From Octopus sinensis (Eukaryota), in NCBI RefSeq assembly GCF_006345805.1, contig NC_042997.1, positions 197,904,001-197,968,000 on the forward strand: a stretch of 64,000 nucleotides of DNA, given 5' to 3'. Of the stretch, positions 25,012 through 36,885 are shown in pieces. Made by a program: the position numbers and the translations under genes. The notes beneath the pieces are model-generated. The model searched no databases. It was not told the DNA's origin and was given only the letters and a program-made list of their open reading frames with translations. Positions within the stretch are counted from its first letter, which is position 1, and the number at the start of each line of letters is the position of its first letter.

Positions 25012-25417
25012 ATGTAACTAAATTTAATCGAAATTGTAATTATTTCGCTGTGCTTCTTTCAATTACATGCAAGTCTGAGGCAATTTTATGAACATTATTT
25101 AATGTTTTTGTTCCATTAATAAATAGTTTTGATCCCAATTAGCGACTTTTAATAACTGTTTAACACGATATTTTGTCACGGAAGGAAGATTTTTATCGGC
25201 TTACCATAACATTTGTAAAATAACAAAATATCATGGCACGGAAATATTAAGATACGTTCGTGTGATTATAGTTTTGAAAGATTTATTGCACAATTAAATA
25301 TTAATTTCCTTGATGATTGACTGTCTCCCTCGATAGTTCCATTATTTTGGATTTGGAATGATATTTTTCCGAATGCCAGAGACTCTAACCATCTGTTAGG
25401 TTTTCATTCGTATTAAG

Positions 25418-25810
25418 TACTAGCAGTATCGCCCGGCGTTGCTCGGGTTTGTAAGGGAAATAACTATAAAGCATTTTTAGAGAGTTATAGCCAAAAAATA
25501 GCCAAAAAATACATTAAAAATGGAAAAAATATGATGGTAAATTTTTTAAAAAATCGTTGACTCATCGTAGACATTTTTAGAGAGTTACTTCCCTTATATT
25601 AAAAAAATATGCATTAAAATGGAAAACATTATGGTAAATTATTTTTAAAATCGTAGACTCATCGTAGACGCGCGCTAATACCCAGAAGGGCTCGATATGA
25701 ATCACGATTATAAGATACCCAGTTTTGGTTAAACTGCACCGCAAAATGTGGGAGTAGTTAGGAATCTAAATCGGAGTAGACAGACGCACAACCTTACTTT
25801 TATATATAAA
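25418..25810 (+). mobile_element. Non-autonomous Helitron-like element (Lep1/HINE-like), copy 1
   Basis: 5' TACTAGCAGTATCGCCCGGCGTTGCTCGGG with subterminal hairpin, 3' GACAGAC..ACTTTTATATATAAA, no TSD, internal tandem subrepeat; homologous to 52251 and 54201. Confidence 0.7.
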
Positions 25811-25964
25811 AATATGTTCACTGAGAAAAATTCCATAGACATGTACAACTCCCTGTTGGGAACAGTTTTCCCTGTTTAACAATAGCCGATAAAAATGTTA
25901 ATTGGCGGGTTGATTGGTTGGTTGGTTTGAGGGTTAGTTGACTGGGCCAGCCATGTTGTACATC

Positions 25965-26100
25965 GTGTTTTGAGAGAGAATGAGAGGGAGAGAGAAAGAA
26001 AGAAAGGGAAAGAGAGAGAGAGAGAGACAGACAGTGAGCAAATGAAAACAAAAACAGAGAGAGAGAGAGAGAGGGAGAGATGAGAAGAGAGAAAGAGAGC
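25965..26100. repeat. (GA)n-rich tract
   Basis: Imperfect GA/GAAA runs. Confidence 0.85.
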
Positions 26101-26169
26101 GAGAATTAGCATTAGAGGATGAGTACACATACTAGACTCGTTGGTAGACAATGGCAATATGTTTCTTTA

Positions 26170-26381
26170 TTACTCACAAGGGTGATAAAGGGGACAAACA
26201 AGGACAGACAAACGAATTATTATATCGACCCCAGTGCGTAACTGGTACTTAATTTATCGACCCCAAAAGGATGAAAGGCAAAGTCGACCTCGGCGGAATT
26301 TGAACTCAGAACGTAACGGCAGACGAAATACCACTAAACATTTCGCCCGGCGTGCTAACGTTTCTGCCAGCTCGCCGCCTT
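26170..26381 (-). mobile_element. SINE family B
   Basis: Ends CGTGCTAACGTTTCTGCCAGCTCGCCGCC. Confidence 0.9.
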
Positions 26382-26610
26382 ATAGACAATGACAATTGGA
26401 AAGATACACACAGGGGGAAAGAAAGATTCATAAAGACAGGTGAAGAGAAGAAAGAGACGTAAATGACAGTAGTTTTGGGTGGGAAATTATAAATTAGGGA
26501 TTTGTTTTATTTAATTTATTTTAAGGCACTAAATATTTTGGCCTTGAAAATATACATTTACTTCATTATTTTGTATAAACACCAAGAAATTTGGATGAAA
26601 TTTAAACTAT

Positions 26611-27012
26611 AGGCGCGGAAGTGGCTGTGTGGTAAGTAGCTTGCTTACCAACCACATGGTTCCGGGTTCAGTCCCACTGCATGACACCTTGGGCAAGTGT
26701 CTTCTACTATAGCCCCGGGCCGACCAAAGCCTTGTGAGTGGATTTGGTTGGCGGAAACTGAAAGAAGCCCGTCGTATATATATACCTATGCGTGTGTACA
26801 TGTTTGTTTGTCTGTGTTTGTCCCCCCAACATCACTTGACAACCGATGCTGGTGTGTTTACGTCCCCGTAACTTAGCGGTTCGGCAAAAGAGACCGATAG
26901 AATAAGTACTAGGCTTACAGAGAATAAGTCCTGGGGTCGATTTTCCCGACTAAAGGCGGTGCTCCAGCATGGCCGCAGTCAAATGACTGAAACAAGTAGA
27001 AGAGTAAAAGAG
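26611..27012 (+). mobile_element. SINE family A, full length
   Basis: AGGCGCGGAAGTGGCTGTGTGGTAAG head to GAAACAAGTAGAAGAGTAAAAGAG tail. Confidence 0.92.
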
Positions 27013-27029
27013 AACTTCCCAACCATATA

Positions 27030-27350
27030 TAGTTCAGGGTGCAGTCCCACTGCGTGGTACAGTGGGGGGAGTGTCTTCTACTACGGCTCCCCCATCTTTG
27101 GGCCACCAAAGACTTGTAAGTTGAGATTTGGTAGACGGAAACTGAAAGAAGCCCGTTGTGTAGAGCTCTGTGTGTATGTGTGTGTTTGTCTATGTTTGTA
27201 CCCTTTCACTGATTGACAACCGGTGTTGGCGTGCTTACGTCCCCATGACCTAGCGATAGAATAAGTATACTGGAGTTGATTAGGTCGACTAAAATTCTTC
27301 AAGGCTGTGCCCCAGCACGGTTGGAGCCTACTGATTGAAAGAAGTAAAAG
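27030..27350 (+). mobile_element. Old SINE family A copy
   Basis: GGTAGACGGAAACTGAAAGAAGCCCGTTG and TTGACAACCGGTGTTGG modules. Confidence 0.7.
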
Positions 27351-27353
27351 ATA

Positions 27354-27354
<1 letters not shown>

Positions 27355-27393
<39 letters not shown>

Positions 27394-27429
27394 CATACTC
27401 ATACATACATACGTACGTACGTACGTACG

Positions 27430-27460
<31 letters not shown>

Positions 27461-27546
27461 GTATGTATGTAAGTATGTATGTATGTATGTATGTATGTAT
27501 GTATGTATGTATGTGTGTGTGTGTGTGTGTGTGTGCGTGTGTGTGT
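27355..27546. repeat. Compound microsatellite (TA)n/(GTAC)n/(GTAT)n/(GT)n
   Basis: Direct inspection. Confidence 0.9.
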
Positions 27547-27581
27547 ATTGGAAAATTAAGGTAAACACGAGCATAAATAGT

Positions 27582-27664
27582 TAGTCCCTACGTACGTTTC
27601 ACCATTGCGGTTACTTGGACGTCATCATTGGGTACCTAGCCAAAACGGGTCATCAGGGCAACTA
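27582..27664 (-). ncRNA. Type I hammerhead ribozyme motif
   Basis: UAGUU(G)CC-CUGAUGA-[49-nt insert, weak stem II]-GAAAC-GUAC-GUA|GGGACUA; stem III is the palindrome ACGUACGU. Confidence 0.55.
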
Positions 27665-27964
27665 GTATACTGCATTCTGTTACAGAGATATAACACACAC
27701 ACACACACACACACACATATCACCACTCACATACATATACTTGATTAAGTGGTGCCTGGTTGCGATGCCGGTGATCTTGAGGTTTGCGTAGTAGCCGGAG
27801 CTCTTTTACACAGTTATCAAGATTTTGCTATCACATCGTCTAAACATATTAATTAAATTTTCGAATATTAATTGAAATATGAATATTCATATATATTCCG
27901 ATGTAAAAGACAACCTGTCATTCACAAGCAATTTTCACTTTTCAATAATATGTCCTATGTTATC

Positions 27965-28170
27965 TTGGCGGTGAGCTTGAAGAACTGTTACCGCGACGGA
28001 AAAATGCTTCGCAGGTCTTTTTCTGGTTTCATGTTGTAGTTCAATTCGGCCGAGGCTGATTTGCCTCTCATCCTTCGGGGTCGATAAAATGAGTACCAGT
28101 TGAACCCTGAGGTCGATGTAATCGCCCCTCCTCCGAAATAGTTGACATTGTGTCAAAATTTGAAATTCAT
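27965..28170 (+). mobile_element. Old SINE family B copy
   Basis: AGTTCAATTC..CCTCTCATCCTTCGGGGTCGATAAAATGAGTACCAG..TGTGTCAAAATTTGAA. Confidence 0.7.
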
Positions 28171-28230
28171 ATGTTCTATGCTATAACTAATTGTTTTAGG
28201 TGCCTTTGTAGTTACCTGCATACTCCTTGG

Positions 28231-28479
28231 GTGGAGGCGCGTGGCTTAGTGGTTAGGGTGTCAGCATCATGATCGTAAGAATGTGGTTTCGATTCCTGGA
28301 CCGGGCGACGCGTTGTGTTCTTGAGCAAAACACTTCATTTCACGTTGCTCCAGTCCACTCAGCTGGCAAAAATGAGTAACGCTGCGATGGACTGGCGTCC
28401 CGTCCAGCTAGGGAACACATACGTCATTGAAACCGAGAAACGGAGCCCATGAACCTGGCTAGGCTTTAAAAAGGGCGCA
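28231..28479 (+). mobile_element. tRNA-derived SINE family C (subfamily C1)
   Basis: GTGGAGGCGCGTGGCTTAGTGG A-box, TTTCGATTCC B-box, central GCGATGGACTGGCGTCCCGTCCAG; near-identical to 53940-54186. Confidence 0.9.
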
Positions 28480-29639
28480 AGAAGAAAGCATACTCTTTGG
28501 AATTCCCATTCTTTACCCAGGGAACATCGCGGATGCGACAGCTGGTGGGAGGGAAAGAAAGATAGCAGAAACAGCAGTCGGATAGTACTCCGCATGAGCA
28601 ACATAAAATTAAGTGCTTTGGTCAAAGGCACTACCCGGTTAAGGAATCGAACCCTCAACATAACCCTTATGATTGTGAAGTGAACGCCTCTACCATGAGG
28701 CCAAACGGCTTCAATATAACTTCAGTCTAAGGACTAATAACTGTTGAATCTTGCAATCTTTGTCATTTGTAGACAAGATTTTGATAAAAACAATTATGTT
28801 AGAACCAGAAGTTTATTCCGAAAGAGGAAAAGGCTGTAACTACGAATGTCACCGACATTAGACGGGCTGGATGCGATATAATCTTAAACCTCTTGAAAAA
28901 GTTTCATAACGTGGTTAATATATCACAGATTGGAATATAATATCATGTTTATTACCTTGGCTTATTTCCTTCTATAAAGAGAATTTGCTTCTTCCTAATT
29001 TGAAATGAAATTTACAATGAATAAATGTTTCTTATTTCAGGTAGTTCCAATATACGTTGCAGTAATACGTACTAGAACTTAAAAATTTCTACGCGGCCTC
29101 TTTTCGCCGAAAGTAAAACCAAAAAACAAGGTAAGAAAGATAACTCTTACAATTCATAATTAAATTCCACTAACAATAAAGTTTCACTTTAAATATAATA
29201 AAATATTTTAATGCTCATGAACACCTCTTAAACAGAATTCTTCCTTTAACAGCTGCTTGACAATCCGAATAATAATCAAGTGTTTTACAGTGTGTTGCGC
29301 TTGTAACATTTTACGGCTAAACTTAAAAACATGCGCTATAAGACTTGGACAAAAGCTGGCTTTATATTCTCTATTCTGTCGCTGAGTCCAGTCACTGAAT
29401 TACGGTCAGGTTGGGTTTCAAAGGTTTTAATCACTTAAATTACCGTTAGGAATTATTTCAGTTTTGCATTTATTTTTATCGATCTCTATTTAATTACTAA
29501 ATCACGCGTTCGACATATAAGAACACAACTTTACATTGGTTTACTCTGGCGTGTTGGATACTCGTCGTTTCGACGAATGAGGGTTCAACAGGACACAGCT
29601 GAACAGTATTCTTAGTTCTGTGTCTTGTTCTGTCGTCTC

Positions 29640-29960
29640 ATACGGAAATTCGGACTGATCCAGGACTGGCAAATTCGGTTGCATACGCTGCAGCTGTGGT
29701 CTCCATCATTCGTGGGTAAATTGGACCCTGCTCCACGCTAGATTCTTCTCTCCTTCAGAGCGTTGAACATGGCTGACTCATAGTCAGAGATGGTTGGCTT
29801 CCAAGATCCTCTTTACCGGACTCTATTCAGTGATACCTATTCTCATACCTTCAGGTTTATCTTGCAGGTTTCAAGCAGATCTTTAGAGTGTCTTTATAAA
29901 GATGCCTGACATCAAAGTTACACTCGTATACCACACTTATATGATGTGGATCTGCACAGT
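29640..29960 (-). mobile_element. Decayed RTE-type LINE C-terminus
   Basis: Minus frames RHLYKDTLKICLK, LNRVR*RG, SDYESAMFNALKERR and HSCSVCNRICQS (terminal Cys cluster); frameshifted. Confidence 0.55.
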
Positions 29961-30753
29961 TTTTGTCGACTACCTTCCGTTGGTTTACCGGTGGTTACTG
30001 CAGAAGGCACTTACCCCCACTTCAATGTCAATGGCTTATATCTCAACTGCTACCCAATCGAGCAACCAAATGCTGATTTTTTGTATCTGGAATACAATTT
30101 TCTTAACTATCACAATCTGTTGAGGTTGACATTCTTAAACAATGAAAATTAATTTTCAATTCCTGAACTATACCTGTTGGGATCCATTATTTACAATAAT
30201 AAAAGATATATTTATTCCCAACCGTAATGTTATTTACAGCAATAAATGATATTATTTTTAATATCTGTTGCATCAGCGATTAATCCTTTACTTTACTACT
30301 AGAAGTGGCTTTATTTGACATCGGTTTTAATTCTTATCGTATTCGACCAGAATCACTTATGACTTGTAGAGGTTCGCTTTTGCTGATTAGCAGCTGACAC
30401 CGTGACAATCACTGTTAGGCTTACCTATTGCTTGCTTCATACAGTGGTCTTGGGTTTGTCCCTGGCGTTAGTGCATAGATAATCTTATCCACTGATTGCT
30501 TGTATGGAGAGAGTTCTGAGGCTTGTATTTTACCACGTTCTATAAATAGGTAAGGATGATTATCCTTACCCAAATTCCATCTTTATATTAGTTGTGAATG
30601 GTGTAACTAGTTCAATGCTGTTCTTCGTATATTTTTATGTTATCAACAGATGTCATGCAAGAGGCTGGTGTCTCTCTCCTCCTCCAGAACAAATGACATT
30701 CCATTGAGACATCTTCAATAGCATAAGGCGATTCACTAAAAGTATATATATAC

Positions 30754-30793
<40 letters not shown>

Positions 30794-30795
<2 letters not shown>

Positions 30796-31059
30796 AATGA
30801 CCCAGTGGTTAGGGCAGCGGACTCGCGGTCGGAGGATCGCGGTTTCGATTACCAGACCGGGCGTTGTGTATGTTTATTGAGCGAAAACACCTAAAGCTCT
30901 ACGATGCTCGCCAGGGGGTTGTGGTGACCCCTGTTGTACTCTTTCGCCTCAACTTTCTCTCACTCTCTCTTCGTGTTTCTTGAGTAACGCTGCCATGGAC
31001 TGGCGTCCCGTCGAGCTGGGGGAACACATACGCCATAGAAACCGGGAAACCGGGCCCAT
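30794..31059 (+). mobile_element. SINE family C2
   Basis: CCCAGTGGTTAGGGCAGCGGACTCGCGG head; ATGGACTGGCGTCCCGTC centre; AAACCGGGAAACCGGGCCCA end. Confidence 0.88.
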
Positions 31060-31159
31060 ATATTGTTCGAATTTATGTAAATGTGTATAGAATAATATAT
31101 AAGTTGAATAAAGTTAAAACATAGTCTGGTTTTCACGTTTTTTATTAAGGTATTTTAAC

Positions 31160-31199
31160 AAAATTAGCACGTTCATACATAGTGTACTCATCAGATTTC
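31160..31199 (-). ncRNA. Degenerate hammerhead-like motif
   Basis: GAAAU-CUGAUGA-GUAC(acuau)GUAU-GAAC-GUGC-UA|AUUUU: one A is missing from GAAA; stems I and II are intact. Confidence 0.4.
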
Positions 31200-31689
31200 A
31201 AATATGTCTAACTGATAGTTGAGTTCTTGACAACTTTTGTGTCCCTTAAAACCCCGCAAGAAACTGAACTTTTAAAATACATTTTTGATCAATCCGCATG
31301 CTCTTAAACATCACAGTTCACCAAGCGTACCGATATTGTGTAACTTGTATATATTTATTAATCCATTAATCCACATTATTAACTGGTTATTATATTATTG
31401 CTGTTATTTCCATTCAGAACAGGTTTGGACATTTTAATCAACCATTTTTCTTTTATCTTTCTTCCAACCTCACTTGTATCATTTAGTTGGTGGAAAGGAA
31501 AATTAGAAACATTTTCTAACAACATGTCTCTATATGTTCGCTCAAAGGAATTTGGCGAACATTGATGTTCTGGATTTGCTGTCTCTGGACCCGTGAGCGT
31601 TCCGATAATGCATTCCCGGTTTCAACCATATATAATTCAATTACCTAAGCTCTTTTATGTGTTGGCGAAATACGTACTACAACTTAAAA

Positions 31690-32093
31690 CCATGGGTGTG
31701 TGGCAAAATGTTTGCTCCCCAACCACATCGTCCCGGATTCAGTGCCTCTGCGTGACACCTTAGTTGAGCGTCTACTACTGTAACCTCGGGCCGACAAAAG
31801 CTTTGTGAGTGAATGTGGATTTGGTAGATGGTTGCTGAAATAGGTCCGTTGCGTGCGTGCATTTATATGTGTCTGTGTCTCTGTGTATGTTTCTATCTGA
31901 GATTGTCATTACTTGACAACCGGTGTTGGTGTGTTTACGTCCCCGTAACATAGCCGTTCGGCAAAAGAAGCCGATAGACTATGTACCAGGCTTTAAAAAA
32001 AGTCCTGGAATCGATTCATTCGACTAAAACGTATTCCAGCTGGTCAACTAGCATGAAAGCAGTCAAATCATTGAAACAATTGAATATAAATAA

Positions 32094-32098
<5 letters not shown>
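31690..32098 (+). mobile_element. Old SINE family A copy
   Basis: CCCAACCACAT..CTGCGTGACACCTT..TTGACAACCGGTGTTGGTGTGTTTACGTCCCCG. Confidence 0.75.
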
Positions 32099-32172
<74 letters not shown>

Positions 32173-32174
32173 AT

Positions 32175-32385
32175 CTGTGTATATATAAAATGCAAAATGG
32201 GACAAGAACGCAAAACATCCGGACAGTTAGGTGATACAAAAAGGGACAACAAAACATCCAGATAGACGATACAAAGGAAACAAGGACAGGTCATTCGAAG
32301 TTTTCTATCTTCAGTCAAGCACCAGATTATCCTCGCAATTTCGGTTGATTATTCTTGAGTTTGCTCCAATCTGGCCAGCCACTAA
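32175..32385 (-). mobile_element. Family D repeat (PLE-like, unclassified)
   Basis: TCATTCGAAG..TCTTCAGTC..GCAATTTCGG..TTGCTCCAATCTGGCCAGCC is the reverse complement of 36470-36610; flanked by (TA)n. Confidence 0.6.
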
Positions 32386-33074
32386 GCGAAGTATATATAT
32401 ATATATATTCACATACACGCATGCACATACACAGACACTACAGACAAGCACACACGCACATATATATGCGTGAGCATGTTTACTTCCATGATGTAAATAC
32501 GTAGATAGGCACATACAAAACATTCAGTGCTCTAGTAGCATTCTGATTTCATTGAATGCCTGGCAATCTGTAATGTTTTTTTTTCTTCTTCCATTCAGGC
32601 GTCAGAATGCTACTTCTTATAATAAATCGATACTCGTACCATCTGCTGATCAACAGAGAAAGTTCAGTTAATTATCTTAACCTCAGGCGCAACACAACGA
32701 AAGCAACAATCTACAACCTTACTATCTATTCGGTGTCATGGTCTGCTGCATTACTCTTTCATCCATTCCTTTTCACAAATATACACATAAACATAGGCCA
32801 ACACACTAAACAGCTTAGTTAGGTAATTGAATGAAGTAGTCTTGCTTTTATGATATAATTACTTTTCAATGAACTTCTATAAATGCAAAATTACAATTAT
32901 TTTCAATTCCACCAATTGAGTCTGGAGGGTAAAATAATAAAAAAAGATGTATATTTATATATTTATAACATTTATCACTCTTCGCAACTTGATTATTGTA
33001 TCTATTTATTACAGACATCGTAATAGAGTTCGTTGATTACAATATTCAAAAGTACTTAGCGTTAGTCGGCTTAA

Positions 33075-33725
33075 CACATCTCAAGTCTTTGTGTCTTTAT
33101 AGAATCTACAAGTGAATGCGCGTTTTATACAACCTTGTGTCTTTAATAGAACTAGCAAGTCTCTCTGTCTTTATACGATGCAAAATTGTATGAGTCTTTG
33201 ACAGAACAAACAAGCGATCGTGTCTTTGATACAATGTACAAGTATATGTGTCTAAAATCCTGCGTCTTTTAAATATCTACTAGTGTATGTGCTTATAATT
33301 CTCCATCTTATTTTCACCTGCAAGTGGATGTGGCAGTAATGCAAGTGTTTGTGCTTTTAATACAATGTACTAGTGTGCACGTGTGTGTGTGTGTGTGTGT
33401 GTGCTTATAAATCCGTGTCTTTATGCAATCTACAAGAGCATGCGGTTGCAGTACAAGTTTCCGTGTCTTCAACTCATCTTACAATTCTTGTCTGATTCAA
33501 TCTCCTACTGTATGTGTCTGTAAAACCATTTAAGCAACTGTTTGTGTCTTTATATAATCTGCTACATTATATCTTTAACAATGCAATTCTGCATGTTCAC
33601 GCCAACTTACTAGTCTCTGTGCCTTAATAAATTTACAACTGTATGTGACTTTAATAAAAGTTTGTGTGTATTTAATAAAACTACACAAATCTTTGTGTCT
33701 TTATGCATTATACAAGAGTATCCAC
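33075..33725. repeat. Highly degenerate minisatellite (about 25-30 bp unit, CAAGT..TGTGTCTTTATACAATCTA-like)
   Basis: GTGTCTTT(A/G)AT, ATACAA and CAAGT recur at short intervals; traces continue at 33960-34040 and 34600-34770. Confidence 0.6.
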
Positions 33726-33728
33726 TTT

Positions 33729-33953
33729 GAGCTGGCAGAAGCGTTAGCGCGCCGGGCGAAATGCTTAGCGGTATTTCGTCTGTCGTTACGTTCTGAGTTC
33801 AAATTCCGCCGAGGTCAACTTTGCCTTTCCTCCTTTCGGGGTCGATAAATAAAGTACCAGTTACGCACTGGGGTCGATGTAATCGACTTAACCCGTTTGT
33901 CTGTCCTTGTTTGTCCCGTCTATGTTTAGCCCCTTGACGGTAGTAAAGAAATA
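33729..33953 (+). mobile_element. SINE family B monomer
   Basis: GAGCTGGCAGAAGCGTTAGCG head to GTAGTAAAGAAATA tail. Confidence 0.92.
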
Positions 33954-34474
33954 TATATATTTAACAGACCTTGCGATTATCTGTGATTTTATAAAGTCTA
34001 CTACGGTATGTGTCTTTAATAATATATCTCCTCGTCTTTGATATAGAATTTTGCAGTCATTTTCGTACGTTTATCACTCAATTTGATAATCGGGTCATTC
34101 AAAGTCACGAAAAAAATTAGCGCCATGAAGTTAGGCCATTCAAATTAGTTTTATGATCATTAAATTTCGCACTTCGGTCAAAATAACTAGTATTTACATC
34201 ATTCAAATTAAAATGTCCGTCGAGAGCATTCAAGTGAGTCGGAATCGAGGAAGCGTCTTTTCGAGCATTCTAATTTGTTTCGGAGCTATCTGCTTAACAC
34301 TTAGTACAATAGCTATTTTGATTTTATCTCATGCTCATTGTTATCATCATGTGTTTCCATCAATTGTGTATATGTATTTATTGTTAAATACTTCATGAAA
34401 TCACATTCCAATCTTTTCACTTTTTTTTAAGAAACTCACAACTACAACAAATGCTCATTTTCTTTGATTTTGAA

Positions 34475-34584
34475 TACTAGGCTTACAAAGAATAAGCCCT
34501 GGGGTCGATTGCTCGACTAAAGGTGGTGCTCCAGCATGGCCGCTGTCAAATGACTGAAACAAGTAAAAGAGTAAAAGAGTAAAG
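34475..34584 (+). mobile_element. SINE family A 3' fragment
   Basis: TACTAGGCTTACAAAGAATAAG to (GTAAAAGA)n tail. Confidence 0.85.
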
Positions 34585-34924
34585 ATCATATCTTAAATGT
34601 CTTTTTGTATTTATAAAATCTATGAGTTTATGTGCCTTTAATATAAGTCTGTCATTCATAATATAACACCATGTCTTTTGTACCACATGCTCGTCCCTGT
34701 TTCATTAATGCAGCTTACTAATCTCCGATGTTTTAATACAACTTGCTGGTCTGTCTTTCTTTAATACAATGGGAGTAGAAGCTAGCTTCCTAGTACTTGA
34801 TTGTTACTGGCAGCCATGTTCTGGGACACGATGCAGAACTAAAATCGCTTTTAAGAGGAACGAAGACATTTTAATTAATTTATCCCGCAAATAACTTCAG
34901 AAAGGCAGAGTTAATCATTCCTCT

Positions 34925-35408
34925 TTTACCTTTTACTTGTTTCATTCATTAAACTACGACCATGCTGGGGCACCGCCTTGAAGAATGTTTAGTCGAAGGA
35001 ATCGACCCCAGTGCTTATTTTGTTAAAGCCTGGTACTTATTCTATCGGTCGTTTTTGCCGAACTGTTAAGTTACGGAGATGTACATTCATCAACACTAGT
35101 TCAAGCGATGGTAGGACACACACACACACACACACACACACACCACACACACACACACACACACGCACACACGCGCACACACACACACACACGCTCACAC
35201 ACACACATACACACGCACACACACGCACCCCCCCACACAAACATACACACGACGGGGTTTTCAGTTTCCGCCTACCGAATCCACTCAGGGCTTTGGTCGT
35301 CCCGAGGCGATAGTAGAAGACACTTGCTGAAGGTGCCATACAGCGGGATCGAACTTGGAACCACATAGTAGGAAGGAAGAGTATTACCATACAGTCACGC
35401 ATGCGCCT
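34925..35408 (-). mobile_element. SINE family A, older copy with expanded (CA)n
   Basis: TTTTACTTGTTTCATTC tail; GATAGTAGAAGACACTTGC; head remnant CACGCATGCGCCT. Confidence 0.8.
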
Positions 35409-35997
35409 GACAATATTTATAAAATCCCTCTTAAGCCATAATTGTGTGCTTCATTTCGTATTTATTACTCAATTTTCTGGCAAATAGGTTGCAATAATAA
35501 ATATATTTTAGTGTTTTCTATTAATGGTTTCTTATTGTTCGTCAAACCGAAAGAGATTTTATTTTCAAAATCTGAAAGAAATTTCTACTTCTTGAACTGG
35601 TATACATATTTAATCTCGAGGTTATGAAACTGGTATTTTATGTGATACATGAACAAAGGTTTCTTCTACTAGCATCTTTCATAAAATTTCTGACGAATTT
35701 AATAAGTAGCTCATAAGCTTTAAACTAAAGTGAAAACGAATTCAGCTGGATGGGGGAACCACCACTAGTTGAGCGAGCTGTTCATTGTGGGGATAACAAT
35801 AAATATATTACTCGAGTTACTTACTGACATTGTATCAGCTGCAGACGACATTTACAATTCAACAAAGTATTCAAGAATCAAATATGAATAGATTTCAAAC
35901 AATGTCCCAGACTTTCGTAGGGAATATGTGGAGACTGTACGTTTCTTAATATGTTGATGGAAAATAACGTCGATTTCTTAGATTAAAGTTATAAATA

Positions 35998-36630
35998 GCA
36001 CAGGAGTGGCTGTGTAGTAAGTAGCTTGCTTACCAACCACATGGTCCCGGGTTCAGTCCCACTTCGTGGCACCTTGGGCAAGTATCTTTTACTAAAGCCT
36101 CGAGCCGACCAAATCCTTGTGAGTGGATTTGGTAAACAGAAACTGAAAGAAGCCTGTCATGTATATGTATATCTCTTTCTCTCTCTCTCCTGCAACCTGC
36201 TGCTTCTTAAACCATTCTGTTGGCCATCGTATCTCGACCAACATGTGTCCCCGCTACCGAAACGGTAATTATTTCTACGCCAGCTGCTATGTTGTTGTTT
36301 CTGTCTCATTTGGTCTAAAGTCGTATGACAACCACCGTTATATATATTTTTGTTTATTCATTACTGTTTTCAATTTCGTTTTCGTCTCTTGTATTTACAT
36401 CCGTCTTGTGCGTTCACATTCCTGTCTTCTACCAAGAAATCTAATGCTTACAGCTTAGTTTTTTTTCTTGGGGCTGGCCGAGTTGGAGCAAATATCAGAA
36501 TTGAACAGCCGAAATTTGCTATGATGATTCGGTGTCTGACTGAAGATTGAAGGCTTCGAATGATTTGTCTGTGTTCCGTGTTCGTCCCTTCCTGTATTTC
36601 ACGTTCATTATATATAAAAACATTCATTCT

Positions 36631-36663
<33 letters not shown>

Positions 36664-36885
36664 CTGTGTATATGTTTGTGTGTCTGTGTTTGTCCCCCCA
36701 ACATCATTTGCCAACCGATGCTGGTGTGTTTACGTCCCCGTCACTTAGCGGTTTGGCAAAAGAGATCGATAGAGTAAGTGCTAGGCTTACAAAGAATAAG
36801 TCCTGGAGTCGATTTGCTCGACTAAAGGCGGTGCTCCAGCATGGTCGCAGTCAAATGGCTGAAACAAGTAAAAGAGTAAAAAGAG
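35998..36885 (+). mobile_element. SINE family A interrupted by a family D element (about 36190-36630)
   Basis: 5' half 35998-36170 and 3' half 36640-36885 are both near-consensus. Confidence 0.85.

Noticed and set aside
28231-28310. tRNA-like sequences (also 8179, 30794, 39749, 51490, 53940)
   Set aside because: They continue into SINE bodies and lack a proper acceptor stem; they are SINE heads, not tRNA genes.
29946-30152. HFNVNG..YPIEQ..LNNEN peptide resembling a GIY-YIG C-terminus
   Set aside because: No GIY or YIG motifs upstream; similarity is too weak by eye.
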